Below, one piece after another: positions 1 to 9,502 of a DNA stretch of 64,000 nucleotides. Position numbers and translations under genes: made by a program. The notes below the pieces were generated by a model that saw only the letters and a program-made list of their open reading frames with translations, made no database searches and was not told where the DNA came from. The stretch is from NCBI GenBank assembly GCA_043799545.1, contig JAZDNO010000004.1, positions 1 through 64,000 of the forward strand. Direction: 5' to 3'. The number at the start of each line of letters is the position of its first letter. The first letter of the stretch is position 1. This DNA comes from Methanobacteriota archaeon (lineage in GTDB: Archaea; Thermoplasmatota; Thermoplasmata; SG8-5; DAIRED01).

Positions 1-44
1 ATCGTGCCGGAGTACTCGTTGCCGAATATGTTACGGATCTTCAT
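1..44 (-). CDS. 5' end of a gene running off the window (MKIRNIFGNEYSGT...), hypothetical
   Basis: ATG at 44 (minus strand), with AGGTGA RBS at 51-56; frame open to the window edge; not in the ORF track. Confidence 0.6.
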   Translation of the reverse strand, partial: MKIRNIFGNEYSGT

Positions 45-129
45 TTGAGATCACCTATGGGAGAGATTGGCCGAGGTGGTTTATATGGCCTGAACGATTA
101 ATCGATGCTGGTTTTAAATAAGAGAAGGC

Positions 130-291
130 TCAGCTCGCGGCTCCGCCCTTCTTGAAGAACTTGCCATGATATTTGTGGTACCAGCCTCTTCCGCGCCCCT
201 GGCCCTCCGGGTCGTCCGTGAAGTATCGGTAGGGTGAGCCGCCTAAGCTGTGCCACTTGGGTTTGCCGGTGTAGGGCTTTTTAGGTTCCAC
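130..291 (-). CDS. 53-aa basic, Gly/aromatic-rich microprotein
   Basis: GTG at 291 lies about 23 nt downstream of TATA-like TTTTATAT (314-321); strongly C/G-ending codons; C-terminal part of track ORF 130..354. Confidence 0.55.
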   Translation of the reverse strand: MEPKKPYTGKPKWHSLGGSPYRYFTDDPEGQGRGRGWYHKYHGKFFKKGGAAS

Positions 292-313
292 GGGGAAGAA
301 TTGGCTTCCAATG

Positions 314-321
314 ATATAAAA
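314..321 (-). promoter_or_regulatory. TATA box for leaderless microprotein gene
   Basis: TTTTATAT on the minus strand about 23 nt upstream of GTG 291. Confidence 0.4.
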
Positions 322-350
322 CGTCGGAAAAATGCCTGAGCATCTACGCA

Positions 351-539
351 TCAAGATGCGGGCGGCTTCAATCGGTAATACTCGACTATGGCCTCCAGTA
401 TCAGCTCCTGCATGGCGCGGTCCTGGGCGGCGCTTTCCAGCCGCAGGTAACGCAGGACGATATCCGGCAGGGCGACGGTTGTCCTGCGCGTTTCGTCCCA
501 GGAGCCGGTGACCTTGATAGGCGTGTCGAGGGAGTGCAT
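351..539 (-). CDS. Ribbon-helix-helix (CopG-like) DNA-binding protein, 62 aa
   Basis: RRTTVALPDIVLRYLRLESAAQDRAMQELILEAIVEY fits the beta-alpha-alpha RHH pattern; ATG 539 is about 25 nt downstream of TTATATAT. Confidence 0.7.
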   Translation of the reverse strand: MHSLDTPIKVTGSWDETRRTTVALPDIVLRYLRLESAAQDRAMQELILEAIVEYYRLKPPAS

Positions 540-563
540 CCGGATAGAAATGGGAGAAGGAGG

Positions 564-571
564 ATATATAA
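564..571 (-). promoter_or_regulatory. TATA box of RHH gene
   Basis: TTATATAT on the minus strand at canonical leaderless spacing from ATG 539. Confidence 0.5.
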
Positions 572-702
572 GTAAGCGAATTGAAAAAAGAATGTAAAGG
601 TTTTGGATGGGCTCGCGCTTCCTCCGCCTGGCAGAGCCAGACATTAGCCAGTCGTCAATTCCGCCAGATTGAAATTTAGCCAGCACTCCCGAAAGACTTC
701 CC

Positions 703-748
703 GCCGGGAGCACTCTTTTTCTTAATTAATTTAAGCCGTGCTCCCGGC
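703..748. repeat. 11-bp perfect inverted repeat around an AT-rich palindromic core
   Basis: GCCGGGAGCAC (703-713) / GTGCTCCCGGC (738-748), enclosing CTTAA-ttaat-TTAAG (721-735). Confidence 0.8.
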
Positions 749-860
749 TCAGTCGCAAAATATACTGACAGCTGCTTCTATCTTATTTTGCTCCTCCCGC
801 CCGGACTGTGCAAGAGCATCTAAAATGGCCAGTTCGCTCTTTCCGTTTCGTGTTTCTCTG

Positions 861-1193
861 TCAATCCCAGTTGACGAGCATCCTTATGCCCGCCAGGATG
901 ATCAAGAACCCGATTATCACGGGGAGCACCCAGCAGAACTCCATGCTGGTTATCCACTCGGGCACGCCGTCGATATGCTTGAGGCCGAACTCTATGGCCA
1001 CCCATAGGCCGAATACGATTACTATCAGCCCCCAGAATATCGACCAGCCGGTGAAGCTGCGCCGCCTCATCCTCATCCTGGGCTCCCAGTCCGATGGCTG
1101 TGCCGGGACAGAGGGCAGCATCGAGACGCCGCAGCCCTTACAGTAGACTGCGTCCTCCTCGTTCTTCACGCCGCATTTCTGGCAGAAAGTCAT
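861..1193 (-). CDS. Zinc-ribbon membrane protein (2 TM)
   Basis: N-terminal CQKC-x10-CKGCG followed by two hydrophobic helices. Confidence 0.8.
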   Translation of the reverse strand: MTFCQKCGVKNEEDAVYCKGCGVSMLPSVPAQPSDWEPRMRMRRRSFTGWSIFWGLIVIVFGLWVAIEFGLKHIDGVPEWITSMEFCWVLPVIIGFLIILAGIRMLVNWD

Positions 1194-1267
1194 GGTTCAT
1201 GGATGGCGGTTGGCGTATTAATTGTTTGTGAAAAATGGAAAAGGAAGAAAGGTTTTTATTCTGTGCG

Positions 1268-4200
1268 TTACCAGCTGACAGTCCACGTCGTATCCGCTGG
1301 GACACATATCCAGTATGCCTCGCCTTTCTTCAACACATACGCGTTGAGGAGCACCGCCGTCTTGTATGTCGCAGGCGCGCTGAAGCCCTCAACAATGGTC
1401 GCTCCCGTGTCCGTCTTCAAATTGCCAACGTTGTACGTCGCGTCGTTCGAAGCCGGGTATCCGACCAAGTTCCAGCCCGCCTTGAGCAGTATTCCCTGGG
1501 TTCCTGGCGCGGAGCCGGTGATGTTGATGAACCCATCGCCGACAACAGTCACATAAACCCACACTCCCATCTGGACGTTCACGCTTGACAGGTCGTTCAT
1601 GAATCCTGGCCAGGCCGAGTTGTACTGCTTCCAGGGGTCCGCCGGCGTGTTGGGGTTGAACCACATCGCCCTGGTCCATGTTGTGTCCCCGTCCCCGTCG
1701 GTCAGTGCCGCGGGCATGGATGTCGAAGCAGGTACTATGGGCATCGATATGAAGTTCCAGCCCGTTACGACAGGCACCCTGAAGTACGCTGACGAGGTCG
1801 ACAATGCGGGCCTGACGAAGCTCTGATGCGCCCCCCAGTCATAACCGATTATCATCTGCGGAGGCCCCTCGACGGACTCTATGTACATGTGGTCGATGCG
1901 GATGATGTCCAGGATGGTTCTGCCCGCAGTCCTGTCCGCGTCGCGCACCCTGATGTACACGGTCCCGCTGAGCGTGGTCGGGAGAGCGTAGGTCTGGTAT
2001 GTGTCCGAGTCAGCCGTCGCTGTGACCGTGACCATGTTCGTGTAGGCGACGTCGTCGGTCGAGTAGGCGAACACGAAGTCGTCTCCCTCCGCGTTCGCGG
2101 TGTGGTGGGAATCGATTCTGAAGGTGTAGGGGCTCTTACCCGCCGGAACGCTCGCTGTCCACTTGTGCTCCATGCTGCTCGTCGAGCGGTTGCCTGTGAC
2201 CTCCACGTCGTCGATGACCCACCAGTAGTCGTAGTTGGCGCGGTAGTTCCAGCCGATTTGGATGTTGTTGCTGTTACCAGCCACCGATGTGATATTGATG
2301 CTGAGGGTCGACAGGGCTATGTCGGCGCCGGTGGAGAAGTAAACCTGAGTGTCCGCCTGTGTGACCGCGCCGTCGTTTGCGACGTAGACGTATATCCCTT
2401 CGGGGCTGACCTCCCCATACCAGTTGTAGTTGTGCGTGAACTTCAAAGTCACAACGGTGTAGCCCGTGCAGTCGAAGACGGGGCTTTTTATCCACGAGTT
2501 GACGGTGACGCCAGAACCTGCGAGGTCCGAATCGCAAACCGCACCGTAATCTGTCGTCGGCGCCCCCACGATGGCTCCGTAGCGAGCGTTGTCATTCGTC
2601 ATCTCCCACGCACGGCCAGTCGTCGTCAGGGTCCATCCCGCCGGCATTGCGCCGCCGTTGTCGAAGTTCTGCGTCATGACACTCGCCGGCGTCCAGCCAG
2701 CGACTTCCCTCACCGTTTGGGGGTTGTCGTCCTGCGCCTGTGTCAGAGCGTTGGTGCCAGTTACTGTTCCGCTGACCGGGATGTCTGCGTTCGCCAAGTT
2801 CTGGACATTCGAGCTTCCGCTTCCAGCAGTCGCATCGAGCCATATCTCGACGCAGACCTTCTGTCCGGCCGGGACGGTGGCCGAAGGCGCGCTGTAGGTC
2901 CAGCTGAACTCGTGGAAGACCGTGTACGAGCCGACTGTTTCGTCGTCGTTGCCTGTCTGGAACAGCAGTGATGTCGAAACGCCGTTGTAGCTGTATGCCT
3001 TGGCGTACAGCCTGCCGTTGGCCGCCCCCGCGGTCACGCGGCCCCAGACACCGAAGGTCCAGGTGCCCTGCACGTTCACGGTCGCCGCCATCGCCCCGCT
3101 CAGGAACCTCTGGTCGCCCAGAAGGAACTGGCCCGGCGCTGTGATTTCGCTGTAATACGTGTTGTCGGCGAGCTCGACGGGCTTCATGTCCAGGTCCTTG
3201 AACCCTGCGACTGAAGTCTGGACCTGCAGGTGCCACTGGTCGTTGGCGGTGTTGTCGATGGAGAACTGATTGTCGGAAACGTCCGAAGTTGCCTGGCCGA
3301 TGCTGTCCGTAGCCGTGACCCTGACGAGATAATTCACGCCGTCGGTCCTGGGAACCGTGTTCCAGACATAGCTTCCGGTGTTCGCCGTATTGGTGACTAT
3401 CGTGTTCCAAGCGGTGCCGCCGTCCGCTGAGTATTCAATTTTGGTGGGCGTTGCCGGGAACGGGTTGTCATCCGTTGCGGTCCAGTGTATGGTGTAGGAA
3501 CCCGATGCAATTGTATTCGCAGCGGTTGGCGCGGTAACGGTGACAATTGGTGCATTGTCCGGATTCAACCACTCCAGGATGCGCTGCATGAGGAGGTTTT
3601 TATGGGCTTGCGTGTCAGTCCCTTCGAAATACTCGAAACCGATGTAGACAAGCTTGTAAACTCCAGTATCCACTTTGATGGCACCAACGACTGTTCCAGC
3701 GTCGTAGGTGAATATCGAGTCGCCGTAGAGGTCACGGGCGGTGATGCTTTCCGGGAAGGAGCCGGTTACAGTGTATCCCGTCATTCCGTCTGTGATGGCA
3801 TCGCCCGCGTCGCCTTTCGCGGTCAGCCCGTTGCTATCGTCCGCGACGTAGGTCGCATGGAGCCGCGCCCCGTAGAAATTCGTCGCGGCGGTGGCGCCCA
3901 GCCCGACTGCCGTGTCGTCGTCGGTGGCGATGTCGTAACCTATGTCCTCGCCGTTTATGTAAACGCTTCCGCCGTCATCCATGAAGTCCATGAGGGCGGA
4001 CTTCTCAGCGGGTGCAAGAGTAGAGCTGCCGTCGGTCGCCCAGATTACAATCCGGTATTTGAAAAGGTCCGAGGACGGCGTTCCGTTGTCGTACCTATAT
4101 CCCCCGTTCGTCAGCGCCGTCTGGTACTGCGCGATGGCCGCGTTGCCGTCGTTGACCAGCAATATCGAAGGAGATACTGTCGTGACAGTCTCGACGCTGT

Positions 4201-7200
4201 CGGATTTCATCGGGTTGCTGACCGATGTCCCTATCGCGTCAATCTTCGCCTGCTCGTTCGGCAGCGCACCAGGAGGGGCAGTGACAGTGAGGTTGACTAT
4301 CCTCGATGCCCCCGGTGCCAGCGTGACGTTGTATACGACGACATCGTTGCCCACAAAGAAAGAATTCCTTGCATTCGGAGCGTAGTCGGGGCTCGTCGAG
4401 ACTGTCCCGGGAGCGCTTGCCCCCCTGACGTAGTAGCTGACCCACGTTCCGTCTGGCTGCGCGGGAATGCTGGCTTCGTATTCCCCTGGGGTGCCTGTCG
4501 GCGTCATAGCCACAGGGGTGTAGCTTCCGGTTGTTTTCCAGAACATCTGGAGCGAGCTTGCGTCCACACCCGCGGAAGATGAGAAAGAAGCCACCACGTT
4601 GTAAGGGGTCGCCGTGTTGATTGTGTTGGGCAGCGGCGTGTGCGTTATCGTCGGCGCCGTCTTCAACAGGTCTCCAGCGCGCTTCGCGCCTTCAAGGCAA
4701 ACACCGAGGTTTAGCTGGCACGTCGGTATTATTTCGCTGGCTGCCGGCTGGAAGTCGCTGTTGGTCTCTATTGTGAATGGGAAGAATGTCCTCGCGGTGT
4801 TGTAATGGAAGTAACCGTACGCCCAGTCGTCCGTGTCACCGCTAGTGGCATAGGGGACCGCACTCTGCATCGGGGCATAGCCATTGATCGCTGCGAAGTC
4901 GTTGGCTATAATCTCCTGGAACGCATCGTCAGGAGTCTGCACTCCGGTCGAGTAGCCCCACGGCCAGTATATTTCCTCGGCGTAGCTGTGATATGAAATG
5001 CTGAGGGCGAGGTTCGTCCTCGCCAACATGAGTTCCATCACGGCACGCGTTTCAGGCTCTGAGAAAGGTGCAGGTCCGCAATATGTGTCGTCGGAGGTCA
5101 CGTGGCTCGTACCCGTTGCACCCCAGGCGCCCGTCGGATTCCCGTCTTGCGAACCGTTGTAGTTGCGGTTCAAATCGACGCCGTACGTGCCGTCGCCGTT
5201 GTTGCGACGGTTCTTACGCCACATATTGTCTGTAAACTGAGAATACTGCAACCCATCTGGGTTGAGGTTGGGGAGTATGTATATCTCCCGGTTGTCCACA
5301 AGCCAGGTGGCCTGGGGGTCCGCGCCGTAGTTGTCGACGAGGTAGTTCGCGAAGTAGAGCGATATCTCGACGGTCATCCACTCCCGCGCGTGGTGGTTGC
5401 CGATAATCAGCGCGCCCGGCTCGGTTTCGTTGGTCGCGACGTTATCCGATATCTTGAGAACCGTGACGTTGCGACCCTCGGCGGTCGTAGCGAGCTTGTA
5501 GCGTTTCGCGATGGTCGGGTGCGCCGCCTCGATAGCGGCCAGCTCGGCCTGGACCTCAGCGTATGTGTGGTAGCCGTCCACCAATCGCTCAATGGCGGAA
5601 TCTGCAACGGACTTCCCCTGCGGATTGTCGTTGAAGTTAGCCCCCCACGTCGTCGGGTTGTCGATAGTCAGTTGAATTGTGTCGGTCATCGTTCCCAGAT
5701 TCTTCACGGTAATCGGGTATGTGTGCGATGCCCCCGCCTGGACGGTCGATGTGTTTGCCGCGCAGGTGAGGTCGACGGCATATCCGCTGACCGATATTGC
5801 CTTCGATTTGGTGTTGTTCGCGTCTGTCAGCTCATTGATGGTGTATCCTGGGTCCGCCATGACGTATATCTGGCGGCTTCCCGCCCATCCGGCGGTATTC
5901 CACATGACCGAGGCCGTTCCAGTGTTGTTGTTGTGGACTATCGTGCTCGGCGTCGTCGTGACGTAGGTGCCTATCAGGGAGCCGCCCGCCGCCGGGTCGC
6001 CGACATAGAATCCGACCTGGACGTTAGCTGCGTCGTTCACCGTTCCGACGTTGTGTATCGTAGCGCCAATCGTCACGGTGTCGCCCTCGCTCGGCGTCGG
6101 GTTGCTGAAAGTTATCTGGTTCGACCAGAGGGTCAAATCTGCCAGATTCGGATCGACGATTTCCGTCACGTTTCGGTCCATCCAAACCATGCTGTAATCG
6201 GTTCCGTCGTAAGAACGAGCCTGTATCCTGTGCGGGCCCGGCGCCCATCCTGCGAGGTTCCAGTTGTACGTCCATGAGGTCGTCCCGGTGGCGGTCTGCC
6301 AGGCTTCCCGGTCTATCTTTACTTCGACGCGCTGGACCGTCCCGTCCGAGTCGGCTGACGTTCCGGTGATTGTCGCCACGGTATTGTAGACGACGTAGGC
6401 GCCCTCGGATGGCGTTGTTATTGCCACGGTGGGTTCGACGTTGTTCACGTTCGATGGCGTTCCCCAGACGTTCTGCACGAATTTGCCCCAGTTGCTGTAG
6501 GTCGAGAGGGCGAGCGTGTTGTATGTAGTGTCGTACGCCTCGTTGGCATAAATCGTGAGGCCATTCGCGTTCGTGTTCGCGTCGTGAACCAATATAGGAC
6601 GGTTGTGCTGCCAGCTTCCGCTGCCGTACGTGTCGGTCGCGGCGTTGGCTGCCATGAGCTGGACGACCCGCCAGGCCGCGGCGTTTATCTGCGCGTCAGT
6701 GGCGTTGCTGATGCCCGTCGTTATAAGCTGTGCGAAGTGCCTCAGGTCCGGCTGGAATGTCACGCCCTGCCAGTCCATAGCGTTACTCGCCGCCGTCTTT
6801 ATCGCCGCGTTGCACGTTGATGCCTTGTGCCTCATCTTCTGGCCGAAGTTCTCTATTGCCTCCATCAGGTCGTAATCGAAGGCGGTGTTGTTTATTTCCG
6901 ACAATGTCGTGTAGTCATCGCCTGGGGGATAATGGTCGAAATATTCATGGCAAAGCCAGTATCCGAATTCTTCTCCGCCCATGTTTGTGTTGCCTGCCAA
7001 GTGCCCGAGGTTGTCGTCGTAAGGATACCCCATGGCGCCAATGCTATCTTCGGAGAAGGTCGTGTAATTGGAGTATTGTTTGGCATCATAGAGAGCCTCC
7101 ATATCCGCCACGACGCACTCGTCGAAACTAAGGACGTCAAAAAGGTACCTGCGATTGTTGTGCGCCCGGCACTGTTCGTACATGTTTCGGGTTTCGAGGG

Positions 7201-8563
7201 CGGTGAGCGCATCGCTCCCGCCCGTCGTATCGTCCCAGCACTGCATTCCGCCCGGTCCATTCCAAGACCCGCCGTGGTTCCAGAAAGTCCACGCGTACTT
7301 CTGCGCGGGGTAGGTGTCGTAGACGAAATTCATGAAATCAATGGCGGTTTGGGGATTGCTCATGTCCAGCTCCGTTCCCCAGGAGGCATTGATGCTGTTC
7401 AACGGGATGATGGTCGAGTGGATGGTCGAAGTGCTTGTATATAATCCGGTCGGCCCCATCTGAGTGTCGTACGTGACGTAGTAGCATCTGGTCTGGGTTT
7501 CGGTGAATGTACCGTAATTCAGATAGTCGGCCAATACGATGATATTCAAATCCGCATTAGACCCAACGAGCTCCATCTGGTCGACGTTCTCCGCCATGTA
7601 CTTTGCCAAGTTGTTATCCCCGTCCCCGTAGACGACAAACGTCCACTTTTTCGGCGGCAGGCGCGTTGGAATGGCTGTTTGCGAGTCGACACTGGTTTCC
7701 GTTAGCGAGGACGAGGCGATAGTCACGGTGTTGGCGGGGCTGCCGTACTTGGGCAGCTCGGTGCGCAAGTTGCTCATTCTTTTGGCGGTTGTTTGTCGCC
7801 AAGCGAGTTTGCCATTCTCAATGAACAGGTCGCGATTTGAGCCAGTCAGCTTGAAAAGACACTCGGGCTCTTGCCAATCTCCGTCGTTGTCGATCGTCTG
7901 GTAAATCCCCCAGTCGTTCGGCGCGCCACCATTCTCCTGAGCGGTTCCGCCGTACAATGCCAGCATCCGATTTCCAGAAGCGTCGAAAGATAGCGCGGCC
8001 TCCGTGCAATATAGGCCGAAATTGGTCTCCGAAACCTGAGTCGCCTGCCCATGTTGGGAAACGGTGATTTTTACATTTCCGTTCTCGTTTACCGTCGAGA
8101 TGAAAATGCCATCCGAGTTGACTGCAACACTGGGGCGCGAACCTCCTATCTCAAGCTGTCTGCTCCAGGACTTGCCAGAGTCCGCGCTCATGGCGCAGAA
8201 TGTCGTAAAGGCGCGCGAAGTCGCATCCTCCCAGGCCACGCAGACATCGCTGCCGTAAACAGCAGCCGCTATCTTCATGACTCCGCGCATCGCTGCGGAG
8301 ATGTGTGCGGGGGTCGTCCAAGTCGCACCGCCATCGCGGCTCGCGCTGCAATCAACGGTGGTCTTGCCCGATGATGAGTCCTTTATCGGGTAAATCCTGT
8401 AGTTTGTGTCGCCTGTCACCAACAAAACCTCCCCGTAACCCTGCGACGCATCGCTGATGACGGGGCTCTCCGCGCTGCCGACGCCCATCGGCACGAGGAA
8501 CATCGCGCCCAGGACTAGGCTCGCAATTCCAACCCACAACCGTGCTGGCTCTTTTCCGCGCAT
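1268..8563 (-). CDS. Giant secreted multidomain peptidase: BNR-like region, clostripain (C11), Ig/CARDB/NEW3, M14 zinc carboxypeptidase, adhesin-like and C-terminal domains
   Basis: Signal peptide; GGAGG RBS 7 nt before ATG 8563; C11 motifs KWTFVVYGDGDNNL, WNHGG, SFDEC; M14 motifs HHARE, DLNRNY, SYHSY, FTIE; C-terminal GWNFISMP/GWNLVGYP repeats. Confidence 0.85.
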   Translation of the reverse strand: MRGKEPARLWVGIASLVLGAMFLVPMGVGSAESPVISDASQGYGEVLLVTGDTNYRIYPIKDSSSGKTTVDCSASRDGGATWTTPAHISAAMRGVMKIAAAVYGSDVCVAWEDATSRAFTTFCAMSADSGKSWSRQLEIGGSRPSVAVNSDGIFISTVNENGNVKITVSQHGQATQVSETNFGLYCTEAALSFDASGNRMLALYGGTAQENGGAPNDWGIYQTIDNDGDWQEPECLFKLTGSNRDLFIENGKLAWRQTTAKRMSNLRTELPKYGSPANTVTIASSSLTETSVDSQTAIPTRLPPKKWTFVVYGDGDNNLAKYMAENVDQMELVGSNADLNIIVLADYLNYGTFTETQTRCYYVTYDTQMGPTGLYTSTSTIHSTIIPLNSINASWGTELDMSNPQTAIDFMNFVYDTYPAQKYAWTFWNHGGSWNGPGGMQCWDDTTGGSDALTALETRNMYEQCRAHNNRRYLFDVLSFDECVVADMEALYDAKQYSNYTTFSEDSIGAMGYPYDDNLGHLAGNTNMGGEEFGYWLCHEYFDHYPPGDDYTTLSEINNTAFDYDLMEAIENFGQKMRHKASTCNAAIKTAASNAMDWQGVTFQPDLRHFAQLITTGISNATDAQINAAAWRVVQLMAANAATDTYGSGSWQHNRPILVHDANTNANGLTIYANEAYDTTYNTLALSTYSNWGKFVQNVWGTPSNVNNVEPTVAITTPSEGAYVVYNTVATITGTSADSDGTVQRVEVKIDREAWQTATGTTSWTYNWNLAGWAPGPHRIQARSYDGTDYSMVWMDRNVTEIVDPNLADLTLWSNQITFSNPTPSEGDTVTIGATIHNVGTVNDAANVQVGFYVGDPAAGGSLIGTYVTTTPSTIVHNNNTGTASVMWNTAGWAGSRQIYVMADPGYTINELTDANNTKSKAISVSGYAVDLTCAANTSTVQAGASHTYPITVKNLGTMTDTIQLTIDNPTTWGANFNDNPQGKSVADSAIERLVDGYHTYAEVQAELAAIEAAHPTIAKRYKLATTAEGRNVTVLKISDNVATNETEPGALIIGNHHAREWMTVEISLYFANYLVDNYGADPQATWLVDNREIYILPNLNPDGLQYSQFTDNMWRKNRRNNGDGTYGVDLNRNYNGSQDGNPTGAWGATGTSHVTSDDTYCGPAPFSEPETRAVMELMLARTNLALSISYHSYAEEIYWPWGYSTGVQTPDDAFQEIIANDFAAINGYAPMQSAVPYATSGDTDDWAYGYFHYNTARTFFPFTIETNSDFQPAASEIIPTCQLNLGVCLEGAKRAGDLLKTAPTITHTPLPNTINTATPYNVVASFSSSAGVDASSLQMFWKTTGSYTPVAMTPTGTPGEYEASIPAQPDGTWVSYYVRGASAPGTVSTSPDYAPNARNSFFVGNDVVVYNVTLAPGASRIVNLTVTAPPGALPNEQAKIDAIGTSVSNPMKSDSVETVTTVSPSILLVNDGNAAIAQYQTALTNGGYRYDNGTPSSDLFKYRIVIWATDGSSTLAPAEKSALMDFMDDGGSVYINGEDIGYDIATDDDTAVGLGATAATNFYGARLHATYVADDSNGLTAKGDAGDAITDGMTGYTVTGSFPESITARDLYGDSIFTYDAGTVVGAIKVDTGVYKLVYIGFEYFEGTDTQAHKNLLMQRILEWLNPDNAPIVTVTAPTAANTIASGSYTIHWTATDDNPFPATPTKIEYSADGGTAWNTIVTNTANTGSYVWNTVPRTDGVNYLVRVTATDSIGQATSDVSDNQFSIDNTANDQWHLQVQTSVAGFKDLDMKPVELADNTYYSEITAPGQFLLGDQRFLSGAMAATVNVQGTWTFGVWGRVTAGAANGRLYAKAYSYNGVSTSLLFQTGNDDETVGSYTVFHEFSWTYSAPSATVPAGQKVCVEIWLDATAGSGSSNVQNLANADIPVSGTVTGTNALTQAQDDNPQTVREVAGWTPASVMTQNFDNGGAMPAGWTLTTTGRAWEMTNDNARYGAIVGAPTTDYGAVCDSDLAGSGVTVNSWIKSPVFDCTGYTVVTLKFTHNYNWYGEVSPEGIYVYVANDGAVTQADTQVYFSTGADIALSTLSINITSVAGNSNNIQIGWNYRANYDYWWVIDDVEVTGNRSTSSMEHKWTASVPAGKSPYTFRIDSHHTANAEGDDFVFAYSTDDVAYTNMVTVTATADSDTYQTYALPTTLSGTVYIRVRDADRTAGRTILDIIRIDHMYIESVEGPPQMIIGYDWGAHQSFVRPALSTSSAYFRVPVVTGWNFISMPIVPASTSMPAALTDGDGDTTWTRAMWFNPNTPADPWKQYNSAWPGFMNDLSSVNVQMGVWVYVTVVGDGFINITGSAPGTQGILLKAGWNLVGYPASNDATYNVGNLKTDTGATIVEGFSAPATYKTAVLLNAYVLKKGEAYWICVPADTTWTVSW

Positions 8564-8775
8564 TCCGAAACCTCCTTCGCGCACGGGTCGAAATGCTGGA
8601 ATCTCATTCAGGCTCTTTTAATGGTTCAATGTTCAAATGAACCGTGCATTGATATTAATGACATTACTATTATATAGATGTATTGAAATTTGTAATATTA
8701 TGTTCAATTGTTGGATAGGTTTTAATGCTGTTTGGAACAAACCTTATTAACAATGCCCTAGATTCACATAGTGCC

Positions 8776-9498
8776 ATGCTAAAAACCAACAGACTTAGGA
8801 AGGTTTTCGGAAACGTCGTCGCGGTCGACGACCTTACTTTCGAAGTGCGGAAGGGCGAGATATTCGGAATGCTCGGCACGAACGGCGCGGGCAAGACGAC
8901 GACGATGAAGATTTTCGCGTGCCTGCTCAAGCCGACAGGCGGGACGGCGTTCGTGGACGGCCTCGACGTCACAGCCAAACCGTTGGAGGTCAAGAGCCGG
9001 CTGGGCTACCTGCCCGAGATGCCGTCGCTGTTCGAGAAGCTTACAGGCCGAGAATTCCTATCCATGCTCGGAACCCTTCACCAGCTCGAGAACGAGGCTT
9101 TGAACAGGAGCGTGGAGAAGTTCTCTCGCGAGCTGGAACTCGGAGCCGCGCTGGACATGGAGATAGGCACGTATTCGAAGGGGATGCGCCAGCGCGTGGC
9201 CTTCGCCTCCGCGCTGCTCCACGAGCCCCCGGTTCTGATACTCGACGAGCCCACGAGCGGCCTCGACCCCAGGTTCGCCAAGATGGTCAAAAGGTGGATT
9301 CGCGAGTACGCGGAGCGGGGGGGTACGGTGTTGATGAGCACTCACGTCACCGAAATCGCGGAAAGCCTCTGCGACCGCGTGGCCATCGTCAGCAGGGGGC
9401 GCATCGTCGGTGAGGGCAAGCCGAGGGAGCTTTGCGCCAAGCTTGGGGTGGAAAACCTGGAGGATGCCTTCGTCCGACTGGTGGAAGCCGGGAGCTGA
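8776..9498 (+). CDS. ABC transporter ATP-binding protein (exporter type)
   Basis: Walker A GTNGAGKT, signature YSKGMRQ, Walker B LILDEP, H-loop MSTH. Confidence 0.95.
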   Translation: MLKTNRLRKVFGNVVAVDDLTFEVRKGEIFGMLGTNGAGKTTTMKIFACLLKPTGGTAFVDGLDVTAKPLEVKSRLGYLPEMPSLFEKLTGREFLSMLGTLHQLENEALNRSVEKFSRELELGAALDMEIGTYSKGMRQRVAFASALLHEPPVLILDEPTSGLDPRFAKMVKRWIREYAERGGTVLMSTHVTEIAESLCDRVAIVSRGRIVGEGKPRELCAKLGVENLEDAFVRLVEAGS

Positions 9499-9502
9499 CG
9501 GA

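Noticed and set aside
1203-8374. Many long plus-strand ORFs (e.g. 1826..2971, 3485..4582, 5102..6277) opposite the giant protease
   Set aside because: Antisense shadow ORFs expected from GC-rich codon bias; no motifs or RBS
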